From NCBI GenBank assembly GCA_018985225.1, contig JADGIF010000033.1, positions 1-31,639 of the forward strand: 31,639 nt of DNA, read 5' to 3'. Below the pieces are notes generated by a model. The model was given only the letters and a program-made list of their open reading frames with translations, was not told the origin of the DNA and did not search any database. Shown piece after piece: positions 10,105-19,729 of the stretch; within the stretch, counting starts at the first letter, position 1, and the number at the start of each line of letters is the position of its first letter. This DNA is from Amoeboradix gromovi X-113. Lineage: Eukaryota > Fungi > Sanchytriomycota. Made by a program: the position numbers and the translations under genes.

Positions 10105-10984
10105 TTAAGTAATAGCAAGCCACAGTTTCATTAAAAGTATACATATATATAACGACAAGTATAGATGTTCAAACCCTTGTCAAAGAGGTACCAAAAACTG
10201 AAGTAACCATTCAAACCTTATCAGAGCATTGCTAAGTATACGATATATGATTAGAGAGAAAGAAAGTTGAGATATCTAGGAACTAAAAGAACTTGATAAA
10301 AACGATTTATTAAGGCGATAGCAGTCTAATTATAACAAAAAAGATAATTGCCATATTGAAACCTCTAGATCATACAATGCCTTATCATTATCACCCGTGC
10401 CAAAAAATTTTCATGTTATCATAAGGGAATGGAAGTGGGGGAATATGGGGGCCTAGCCCCATCTCATAAGCTTTTCTCCAAGGAGCTTATGTGAGTTCGA
10501 ATTTGTTGCTACCTGCGTGTTAAGACCTGCGGCCTAAAGCCATGCAGGGTCTCAGCTAAGAATATGTACAGAATGTTTAGTTAGGCATTGTTATCGCAAT
10601 TCAACGTCTTGCGCATGCATTTCGCTGTTAAACCGCGTCGCACTCCAAAGATCTCATGTACCCGCCTTCACTATACATTAGCACTGCTTTTTAATGACAG
10701 CAGGCACACAGCAGAATAGTGTAGTCGTCATTCACAGCTAGCACGCACATGAGGTCTAAAGCCGGTGGTGGTTCAGGTGCAGATTCATCTACTTCTCTGA
10801 AATACGCAGTTGAAGACCCCTGAAAATGCATGTATCAATATTAATGTCTTTGGAAGTGAAGCTGCATAGTGGAAAGATTGGCCCATATTAGGCGCTTCCT
10901 CACCTTCTTCCAAAAGCTTGAGACTGTAGAAATTCAAGAAACTGCTTGCCTCAGTAGAAACTCAGATAATGTTGCAAATCCGTC

Positions 10985-11105
10985 TTGATCCTTCATTATT
11001 ACCCGTAATAAAAACATTTCGCCCCCCCCCCAAGGAGCTAGTGTTTTTGAACCAAGAATATGGATGAGTTGACAACCCACTACTCAGCTTTCCCTCGGCT
11101 ATATT
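10985..11105 (-). ncRNA. Putative Fanzor1 omegaRNA (scaffold ~11105-11002 plus flank-derived guide)
   Basis: Lies between the stop codon and the 3' TIR. The minus-strand RNA can pair CCGAGG(GAA)AGCU (11098-11086) with AGCUCCUUGG (11039-11030), enclosing the hairpin GUGGGUU-GUC-AACUCAU (11080-11064). The G-U pairs favour the minus strand. Position matches known Fanzor omegaRNAs; boundaries are inferred. Confidence 0.55.
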
Positions 11106-12233
11106 TTTACCTATAGAGAGCCTCGGCACTGCGTAGTCTTGTTTGATACGTGCGTGTGAATACTACTGGTCTCTTACCATGCAGTGTCTCGTGTAGAAAG
11201 ATATGTAAGATGTTGAGAGCAGCGTTGATGTCGCGATTCCACAGAGTGCGCGGACAGTTCGTTGTTTTACAACGTCGGACACTATGGATTGCTTCACCCC
11301 CGCTCTCCCCATACATAGGTTCTACCTTGTGATGACACTCGCTACACAGTTGACTAGAGTAGTCCTCGTTCACGTCACCTACTTCTACACCACTTCTTCT
11401 TAATGCTGTTCGTACACCTTTCACTGGTCCTGGACAGTGTCCCTTGCTACTGCTCGAAAACATGCCTGCCCCAAATGCTACCACCACTTCTCGCTCATCG
11501 TCTTCATTCAAAGGCTGACAAATGCGTTGGCAAATGTCGTGCATCACCTTCTGCTTTCTTCCAAACTGTTTGAACTTGAGACACCTCACTCTGCTCCTAA
11601 AGTTACGAGCCAGTACTGCATCGATGATCTTGAACAGTGCAGTGATGTGCAACACCATTTGATCGATGCTGGCTGTCTTTGCACTTGGCAAAACTGTCAG
11701 TCTGTCTTGTAGATCATTGTCCTCCTCCAGCCAGGTGCGTCTCTTATTGGAAGCTCGTGCCGAACCAATCTTCTCTCGGTACTCAGCATTGGTGTAGTGA
11801 GTCTTGTACTGCTGCCCTTCGTCACTGTGGCTGACACATGTTGCCAAGTCGATACGGCCAGGATCCACTACTACCACTCTCTTGTTGACCAGTGAGATGG
11901 TGTTTGCGTCTCCAGACACTGTCCTGACCTTCACCTTGCTGACAACTATGCTTGCTGCGTAGCCACCCGTTCTCAGGGAGTACTCGAAGTCAACACGCTT
12001 GTTCTTGCCGTCTGCTTTGCTGAGTCGAAAGCATTCCTCCCAGTAGTGCTGCTTCTGCTGCACAGACATTGTTGCATTGGGAACAGCTTTTTTGCCAAGT
12101 ACCCGTTTCAAGACACCTTGTAGAGTGGTAGTGCTGATCATGATGTAGCGTGCTTGCAGACTGCAGAGAGGGAGCTCCGAACACTGAGTTGAAATTCCTA
12201 GTTAGGGGGGGGGTGCAATCTTTATGTTACAGG
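11002..12233 (-). mobile_element. Tc1/mariner-style TIR element (TA TSD) carrying Fanzor1; no transposase
   Basis: Imperfect ~29-bp TIRs (CCCGTAATAAAAACATTTCGCCCCCCCCC at 11002 vs CCTGTAACATAAAGATTGCACCCCCCCCC on the minus strand from 12233; 6 mismatches), TA on both sides (11000-11001, 12234-12235), interior visibly more GC-rich than host genes. Confidence 0.85.
11107..12141 (-). CDS. Fanzor1 (eukaryotic TnpB-like RNA-guided RuvC nuclease), N-terminally truncated
   Basis: RuvC-I VVVDPG (D93); VAFGAG..GHCPGP; rearranged RuvC-II E259 in VNEDYSSQLC next to the zinc finger (C266/C269/C291/C296); RuvC-III WNRDINAALNI (D304); C-terminal RP..F.R. The in-frame upstream LPLCSLQARYIMISTTTL resembles an internal Fanzor1 motif, so the ATG is probably not the native start. 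Confidence 0.92.
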   Translation of the reverse strand: MISTTTLQGVLKRVLGKKAVPNATMSVQQKQHYWEECFRLSKADGKNKRVDFEYSLRTGGYAASIVVSKVKVRTVSGDANTISLVNKRVVVVDPGRIDLATCVSHSDEGQQYKTHYTNAEYREKIGSARASNKRRTWLEEDNDLQDRLTVLPSAKTASIDQMVLHITALFKIIDAVLARNFRSRVRCLKFKQFGRKQKVMHDICQRICQPLNEDDEREVVVAFGAGMFSSSSKGHCPGPVKGVRTALRRSGVEVGDVNEDYSSQLCSECHHKVEPMYGESGGEAIHSVRRCKTTNCPRTLWNRDINAALNILHIFLHETLHGKRPVVFTRTYQTRLRSAEALYR

Positions 12234-12812
12234 TAATAATTAGAGATTCTAAAGAGGGGAAAGTTAGACATTATCAAGTCGATGAGATATCCGCAAAGAA
12301 AGTATTCCGGCTGCCAAGATTTTATAACCCTAGAAAATTCGAAAGAATCATGTGAGTAAATATCCAGAAGCAGCTAATAGACTACTGAACAACAAGTTCG
12401 CAGGTGAAACTCTTTATCAAAGTATTGGACTGCAAGAGTAGTCCAATAAGATATAGCATGTGGTACATAACTATTCATTACGCACATGGAGGCCCTGTTT
12501 TTGTCTCTATAAATCTATCTGTAGTTGTATGCCATGTCGTACTCCTCTAAATAGTAAAAACAATCTTTCACACTATTCATTTTACATTTCTTACGTTGCT
12601 TCTTGTTTTACTCAAAGATGACCTCCCCTCAAACGCTGTCAAAAACATGAGAAACGCTTATGTTTCAAGCATTAAATCTCACTGTTAAGAACAACAGTTA
12701 CTTCCGAATCGAAACAACTAACAGATAATGAAAGCACTGGCAGTCTCCACTATTTTCATCTTTGAGATTAGGGGTTAGCTTGCTATTTTTTGAGTATGGG
12801 TCAAACAAAAAT

Positions 12813-13463
12813 ATGAAAGTAACACGAGTTAAAAACGTAAAAAAAATAACTTCCTTTTATACGTTCGTGTTTAAATTGGATCAGCCACTAAGAGTCTACC
12901 TGCATCACTCCATAGTAAGTTATTGCTTGGAGCACAAGTTAGACTTGCAACATCTTTTGCAATCTACTTTTCAACAACCAATAAAAGTTACTACGCTGAA
13001 ATGTACAAAACATCTACCCTTGGATAAATCTATTAAAAAAGAGATGAAAAAATACCTGGGACATGAATGCGATAAAGATGAGCATACCGAGGAATGCTTT
13101 CATGAATTGAACGGGGTCTTATGCATTCAGGACTCTGAAATCAGACAGCAGCTAAATCAACAAAAATGTGTTCCATTCATGTATTTCAACAACAGCACGT
13201 TAGTTATGGAGCCTATTAGTGAACTGGCGAGAAAAAGGTCTAAAGAATTGGATTTAGGAAGTCGCAAAGATATTTCAGATTTTGAGTCCAATTTGCTTAA
13301 TAGGCACAAAGTTGTGGAACCATCTACTCTTGGAAATGATATGGGATACAAAGGTAAGATGCCGAGTAGACGGAAAGCAAAAGGACCAAATCCGCTAAGT
13401 TGCAAGTCCAAAGTTATAACTAAGAGATCCAGAAGAAGACCCAAGGTCAAGATCAGTGAGTAA
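12813..13463 (+). CDS. UTP23: rRNA-processing protein UTP23 (PIN-like)
   Basis: MKVTRVKNVKKITSFY..F N-terminus, zinc-binding C/H residues, QDSEIR..L...VP, C-terminal KAKGPNPLSCK; ATG at 12813. Confidence 0.85.
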   Translation: MKVTRVKNVKKITSFYTFVFKLDQPLRVYLHHSIVSYCLEHKLDLQHLLQSTFQQPIKVTTLKCTKHLPLDKSIKKEMKKYLGHECDKDEHTEECFHELNGVLCIQDSEIRQQLNQQKCVPFMYFNNSTLVMEPISELARKRSKELDLGSRKDISDFESNLLNRHKVVEPSTLGNDMGYKGKMPSRRKAKGPNPLSCKSKVITKRSRRRPKVKISE

Positions 13464-14355
13464 ATACAGCATCGCTTGTTTAATATAACAATTTTTCTCT
13501 TCAACATCTAATCTTTTTTTTTATTCAGTACATGCCTCCCATTTGATTTTTGTAGTGTTTATGTCAGTCAAGGGCAAGAATTTATGTTTTCAAAATTGTA
13601 ATTGTAGCAGATTGTAGCAATGCATTGTGGCAATATACAATTCACTCAAAAAAGATGCATGGCATAGTGCAACACTAAATAAATAATTAAATGTGATTTA
13701 CTCCAGTGTTTATGCTCTATTCTATGAGCTTAAAAATAATATAAAATGGTTATCGGCTGAGATGTTGCAACATATGCTCAAGTGCTAATCAGCAAAACTC
13801 TTTTGAAAGAGATATTGACAGTGTATTATTCATGTCGAAGAAAGGTTTATGGCATATTATGCGACTGACTAATCTTCCAGGTCCTCCGACTTAGAGTTAG
13901 GGACATTTTCTGAAATTGGATCTTAAATGAAACCAGTTGATTCTTGGTCTTCATAAGATAATGAACGTAATGGACTCGCTAAGGTTGCGCAAACTTGGTC
14001 AAAAGTTTAGTGAAAACCACAGCACTTATATAAATTACTTTTGCATAGAAGAAAATAACCACTAGGCCATTTCACTATCGACAAGGAATTCAAAAGCCGA
14101 CCGCCGACAGATATTGCGAGACTGTTCAATCACACTTACGCAGCTAATACGGCTATCCAATTCCAACAATGTTATAAAGAGAATGGATTCAATCTTCAAG
14201 CAATTAAATGTCTGCAGAAGATGTTGAAATTCCAAATTTGCAGAGAAAAACAATGGCACAACCATGTTGCCAAGATATAGGTAGTGACTTATGGAACACT
14301 TGAGTAGAAATTAGTTCAGGAAGTACAGCGGGTGTTTCATTTTGTGCAATCAGGT

Positions 14356-14823
14356 TTAAACGACTTTATTGATTAAATGTTCGTAAAATAGCGACTTTTC
14401 CTTGTTTCTTTTAACGCCAACTCCGTATCTATACATTGATTGTATTTTCTTTATAGCATTGACGTCTCCAAGTTTGGCACTTACTTCATAATATAATGCC
14501 GCTTGAACTATTCTCTTGTCACAACCTATTCCGTTTTCATAGCAATGCCCTAATTCATATGAGCTCAGCGCAATCTCATCCTTTATTGCTGAGCACAATT
14601 TGGGGTTTTTTTTCAACTCTATAAAACCATAATGTATGCCTTTTTCTAAATACTCTACGCCTAATTCTAATTTTGGTTTACACCCTTGTCCGTACAACAA
14701 CGCAATCCCATAAAGTATAAGACCTGACGGATCGTGTAAATCACTTGCTAACTTGAAATAATATGTCGACATTTCATAGTTTTGCTGTTCATAGTAAGCT
14801 ATACCTTGCTCAAGATAGTACAT
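14356..14823 (-). CDS. Sel1-repeat (SLR) protein
   Basis: LYGIALLYGQGC, YELGHCYENGIGC and MYRYGVGVKRN repeats; first ATG at 14823; true 5' end uncertain. Confidence 0.8.
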   Translation of the reverse strand: MYYLEQGIAYYEQQNYEMSTYYFKLASDLHDPSGLILYGIALLYGQGCKPKLELGVEYLEKGIHYGFIELKKNPKLCSAIKDEIALSSYELGHCYENGIGCDKRIVQAALYYEVSAKLGDVNAIKKIQSMYRYGVGVKRNKEKSLFYEHLINKVV

Positions 14824-15669
14824 CTGTATAGTCCGAAATCTCCAAAGATTTAATATGATTCTTTTAACCAATCACAACACAATGTTTTGATTGCCTCATT
14901 TGATCTCAGTCAACGTATGGAGTCAAATAAATTTCCAATTCCTGCACTACATCATCTGTTGTTGGGAGAGACTTGGCAATGACCAAATTACAAATCGAAA
15001 TAAATTCTTTTTGACTTCCTCTCTATGCTCTTGCTGCCCACTCTGTCAAGTAGCTGTACATGTCAAATTCTGTTTTGACCGCGGCGCTGCTATCCAAAAT
15101 AAAGACATGCTACAGCGCTGCTAATTCCGAAATAAATAGCAACTGTTAGACGCAGCCTGATTTTATCTAGTTGCAAATGAGTAGAAAGAACTTAACAAAG
15201 TATTTTGTTTTTTACTAGCTATTAAACTTGCTCTTCTTTTTTCTTGTAATTTAACACCAAGTAGAAATGTTGCATATTACCATCCAATGTTATTTCCCTT
15301 TTCTAAAATTTTCATGAACGCAACGATCCGGGGTGTACAATAGATCTAAAATCTGGATGGATACTCATGGTGTGTTCTAGGTCACGGTTCATTTGCATTC
15401 TTGTCTTTGAAGTCCTATGCTAACTGTTCTCATTTATAGAGCACAAACCGGTGCATCTCTTAAATGTTCAATTGGATGCACTTTTAGACACAAAAAGTTA
15501 AACCAGTAGGGCAAAATATCCCGTATTATATGAAATAAACTCTACACAACAAGTCCTTTCAAATCGTACATCTTTCCAACCAGGTTCTCGCTATTGGTCA
15601 ACTATCAATCAAATCACTTGATATTTCTGGCTACTTGAAACAATCCATTCTAATCAAGCTCAAACGGAT

Positions 15670-16101
15670 ATGAGTCATATGGATCATGATATGGGTAATT
15701 CTGGTAGCAATGACATGTCTAGCAATCCTTCAGGTACCTTATCTATGGGTGCCATGGGTATGTACTTTAATTTCCAAACTACTGATTTCCATATTCTATT
15801 TGAGTTTTGGCACGTAACCAGCATCGAGATATTTATAGCGTCACTACTGATTATAGGCTTTATTTCATTTATTAATGAGATATTCGGAATCCATATAAAG
15901 GACCTTGTTAAAATTTTGCCTGAATATGAGCGGTACAGTAACCCGATGTTGCTATTTATTAAAATGTTTTTAAATGCCGTTTTGATGCTAGCTATGATGA
16001 CTTTTAACGGATATCTTGTTATAATTATTGTTGCTGCTAAAGTGCTTGCTCATGTAATATTTCCTGGTCGTTTCGAAGAATTAACAGACTGCCATGAGTA
16101 G
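15670..16101 (+). CDS. Ctr-family copper transporter
   Basis: Met/His-rich N-terminus, MGMYFNF, ILFEFW and TM MLAMMTFNG (MxxxM) motifs. Confidence 0.92.
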   Translation: MSHMDHDMGNSGSNDMSSNPSGTLSMGAMGMYFNFQTTDFHILFEFWHVTSIEIFIASLLIIGFISFINEIFGIHIKDLVKILPEYERYSNPMLLFIKMFLNAVLMLAMMTFNGYLVIIIVAAKVLAHVIFPGRFEELTDCHE

Positions 16102-16122
16102 AAAGTAAATTTAATGCATTTA

Positions 16123-18924
16123 TTAATCTAAGGACTTGCGCTGTCTCTTAGCATTCTTCTTTTCCTCCTGTTTCCTCTTGTTTCCTAGCTTTATTCCTCT
16201 CTTTTGCTGCTTCTCTCTTATTGCCAATTGCTTCCTCTCATCTATCTGGCTCAGTTCTAAAGATCTCTTTGCTTGCACTTGCTTTTGCTTGAGATCTCTT
16301 TTACTCTCTTGATGTTTCTTTAACGTCCTTAGTTGTTGTAACAATCCTAATCTTTCTCTCTCGTGTTCCTCTAAAACCACCGCCCTCTTTTTTTGATAGC
16401 TATCTTTTCTTAGTTTGCTCTGCAGCTTAGGTCTAGATGCAAACGGTAACCTCATCTCTAGTTTCTTCGAAATTCTTAATGGATGGAACTTCTTTTCAAC
16501 TCGTTCAATTGGCTTATACAGTGAGTCTAGTTGGTTCGTTGGTTTAATATTTAATGCATCTCTAAGCTCTCTCATACTTCGCATACCTCTCCAAGCCATA
16601 TTAGCTGGTAACAACAAATTATCAACATTTGAACAAAACCTTTCTATAGGCACAGTTATCCATGTTCTTAAGAACACTACATCACTCATTACTATCTTAT
16701 CTTCAAATGTAGCTCTAAAGACCCCTGCTGGCTTACTGCATGGCTTTTTAATTTGTCCTCTAATACCTGACACTGTTCTGATCAGTGCGTTTTCAAATCT
16801 CGCTACCTCTAATGTACTGCTAAACATGTCTTTAATAAATGCAGTGTTCTTATGAATTTTACATGGAACTCCCGTGAGCTTCAATTTCTTCTTTAAATCG
16901 AAATTAGTTTGATTACTTAATGTTGTGCCATTCATGCATATTCTGAAATGCTTTTGCTGCTGATTATGTACTCTATTTATCGCGATAAATCCGGTATTAG
17001 GTGCTATCTGGGGCCCGTAGATTACCATGTTGCAATAATCAAATTCGGGTGTGTACTTGAGAAATCTGCTCCGAATAGAATCTGATTTCATATATACAGG
17101 AACAGATTGATATCTACGCCATCCCATAGACATGATTACGGGATCATTAGTTTTTAATATTTGCGGGTACCATTTATGCTTCTTGATTCTGCAATGAATA
17201 TACTGCTTTTCTATCTCGTAATCATGTAACCCACCAATTATACAAATTCTATTTGGGTCCCAATTCAACACAAACTCAGGAGAAATCGAAATTCTTATTC
17301 GAACATAAGTGCCAGGCAAATGCCCAACATGCTTAATTACATCTGATTTGCTGAGACTAGATATTTGAGCCATATCAGCATCGAACTTTGACTGCATGTC
17401 TTGTTTCTGAGCATCGTAGAAAGTATTTTTATCCGCTTGTAATTTGTCGTCATCCTTTGCTTCAAATTTATTAATAAGCACTGTTTTATCAATAGCTGAA
17501 GCCACTGAGACATCATCATCGGAACCAGAGACATCTTCATTTGCAGAATCCAGTTCAACTGCCTGTTGTACATCTTTGTGCATACCTGTAATAAACATAG
17601 TTTCCAGGTTATCATCACTGAGATCGTCAAGACTAAAAAGGTCCTCGTCATCGGTGAGCTCGTTCTGCTGAAGGAGCTCATCATCTGACTCGAGCAGTGC
17701 TGGTAATTTCACATCTTCGGTCTGCTCATGTTCAGATTCTACCTCTTCGTCGCTATTCTCGCCTTGCACTGATTCATATTTATTGCTCTCTTCGTCACTC
17801 TCATCTTGTTCAGAATCACACTCGTCCTTTTGCTCGACTTGCGATACATCATGTCCAGCAATAACTTGCAGGTTATCCCAATTTGAAACCAGAGCAGTTT
17901 GGTGTAGTTCTTCTAAAAGAGGGTTAGCTTTAGACTGAGGCATATTGATGTAAATAGAATCTTTATCATATTGAATGCCATTCAAATCAGATTGAGGAGC
18001 ATAGATAAGCTTATGAAGAAGCTGCAATCTCTTCTTTTCAGGCTGCAGCGGACAAGGATCAGGAAGAGTCGAGATATCGTCGACTTTGTAATCATTGGCA
18101 CCAATGATATGAATGTGATGGTGGTTAAAAGGAAGACCACGGGTGTAACCGTACAAAGCAACAGATCTGTTGGCGTTTGGGTTATTTTTAATATCTTGAA
18201 CAGAAGTTAGATCTTCCATACGATCAACAAGAATATATGAGTGAGATTGCCGGTATTCAATAGGGCGAACTTTCTGCGTATTGATAAAACGAGTCAAATT
18301 AAGTAAATCCCGTTTCATGTAGTTGTCGTATTTTATACCACTCATAAAAAATACTTTTAAACCACCATACAACTCCTTCCATAATCTATCTTTTATAACT
18401 TTCTTCACAGTACGTTGTTGCTTGTTCTCTTTATAATGATCTAAATGTGTAATTACAGAAATGATTTTAGGCATACCGTGAGACTGCAAACAATGAATAT
18501 ACTCCATGGTTGACATATCTAGACCATCTTTGGCATTTACCATAAGTATAACAATATCAGCAATTTTTGAGGTATCTATTAAAGACTCTATCGTGTTCTC
18601 GACTTGAATAAAGGTGATCCGTCGAGTTTTATTACAAACAACTGTAACCGGACCTTGAATGTTAGGAATATTCTGACTAGAATATCTTTTAATCAGACCT
18701 CTTAGCAAGGTAGATTTACCAGCACCTGGTGGACCTTGGATAGCTACAACATATGGAGGACGGCCATTAATCTTATCAATCTGTGGAACATGTAATTTCT
18801 TCTCTAACAAGTCCTGCTTTCTTTGGAAATTTATATTGACTTTATTGGTAAATGCTTTGACATTATTTGCATTTGATTTAGGTTTTGGATTATTACGATG
18901 AACTTTGTTTTCCTGCGCTTCCAT
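16123..18924 (-). CDS. BMS1: Ribosome biogenesis GTPase BMS1
   Basis: GPPGAGKSTL P-loop, KKHKWYPQILKT.DP, GWRRYQ, RTVSGIRGQIKK and FRATFEDKI motifs; 933 aa. Confidence 0.97.
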   Translation of the reverse strand: MEAQENKVHRNNPKPKSNANNVKAFTNKVNINFQRKQDLLEKKLHVPQIDKINGRPPYVVAIQGPPGAGKSTLLRGLIKRYSSQNIPNIQGPVTVVCNKTRRITFIQVENTIESLIDTSKIADIVILMVNAKDGLDMSTMEYIHCLQSHGMPKIISVITHLDHYKENKQQRTVKKVIKDRLWKELYGGLKVFFMSGIKYDNYMKRDLLNLTRFINTQKVRPIEYRQSHSYILVDRMEDLTSVQDIKNNPNANRSVALYGYTRGLPFNHHHIHIIGANDYKVDDISTLPDPCPLQPEKKRLQLLHKLIYAPQSDLNGIQYDKDSIYINMPQSKANPLLEELHQTALVSNWDNLQVIAGHDVSQVEQKDECDSEQDESDEESNKYESVQGENSDEEVESEHEQTEDVKLPALLESDDELLQQNELTDDEDLFSLDDLSDDNLETMFITGMHKDVQQAVELDSANEDVSGSDDDVSVASAIDKTVLINKFEAKDDDKLQADKNTFYDAQKQDMQSKFDADMAQISSLSKSDVIKHVGHLPGTYVRIRISISPEFVLNWDPNRICIIGGLHDYEIEKQYIHCRIKKHKWYPQILKTNDPVIMSMGWRRYQSVPVYMKSDSIRSRFLKYTPEFDYCNMVIYGPQIAPNTGFIAINRVHNQQQKHFRICMNGTTLSNQTNFDLKKKLKLTGVPCKIHKNTAFIKDMFSSTLEVARFENALIRTVSGIRGQIKKPCSKPAGVFRATFEDKIVMSDVVFLRTWITVPIERFCSNVDNLLLPANMAWRGMRSMRELRDALNIKPTNQLDSLYKPIERVEKKFHPLRISKKLEMRLPFASRPKLQSKLRKDSYQKKRAVVLEEHERERLGLLQQLRTLKKHQESKRDLKQKQVQAKRSLELSQIDERKQLAIREKQQKRGIKLGNKRKQEEKKNAKRQRKSLD

Positions 18925-19729
18925 GTTTGATCCGCTAACTTCAAGTCAAGTTGTTGATCCATATCCGTTATGTTGAACTTTAAGCCATAAGAAACGTATA
19001 AATGAAGCTAATAAAAAGTTTCCTCATCAAGAAAAGTTGATTTGGGGCACCCACTGTGAAAACTAGACCAACCCATTTTGCAGAAATACCATCATGTACT
19101 GTAATTAAGCAAAGTGGTTCTAATTTCACTAGTTCTCTGCCAATTAGTCTTTTAAAATTTGTTAATAGGTATTGCTTTGCCTTGCAAACATGTTTAATTT
19201 TCTTTTAACTTAAGGAAATTGGTAGACACGGTGACGGCACCAGCATCCTTGAAATAGTTTGCTAAGTTTTATGTATAAATATCTCTTTTCTTTCTTCATA
19301 TCATAGTAGATAGATGACGATCAAAGTATTTATTTGAACTTTGGCCCATGTTTGTACAAATTTTTCTCAATCAATCACGTTAGTCTTAATAAATAATAAA
19401 TTGATTAGATTGCTAAGTAAGATTCTACTGATGCAGCAATTAGCATTAATAAAACTTTATGTATCATCCTATGATATGAATTGTTGTAAATGGTTGTTCT
19501 AGTCTTCTTAAATGATGCCTCGGTGTTAAAACATAAACATCCTGGTTTTATTTGCAGAACATTGGAAGTAAGCATGTACCGTGATGATATAACACAACGA
19601 GTTGCTGTTGGTTTAAACAGAGTCTATCTTCATTGACTTAAAAATCGTCATGATGATTGCAAACTCGCTGATAAAGAAGCTGAATTATTTGCGCTTGAGA
19701 TGAAAGCTGTAAAGAATCTTTTATTACAT

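Noticed and set aside
10447-10513. tRNA gene
   Set aside because: Has a GGGGGCCTAGC start and GTTCGAAT, but the T, D and anticodon stems do not pair; kept only as an unexplained structured region.
11047-11053. GGUUCAA in the putative omegaRNA, resembling IS200/IS605 right-end motifs
   Set aside because: It is internal to the predicted stem, ~45 nt from the TIR-defined end; a 7-mer match is not enough.
13740-14280. Stop-interrupted plus-strand frames (e.g. FTIDKEFKSRPPTDIARLF...); similar frames at 19430-19740 and 10160-10430
   Set aside because: Possibly pseudogene debris, but no recognisable family.
14969-14992. Possible 20-nt intron (GTAATTTGGTCATTGCCAAG) upstream of the Sel1 gene
   Set aside because: Splicing does not produce a frame that joins the Sel1 ORF.
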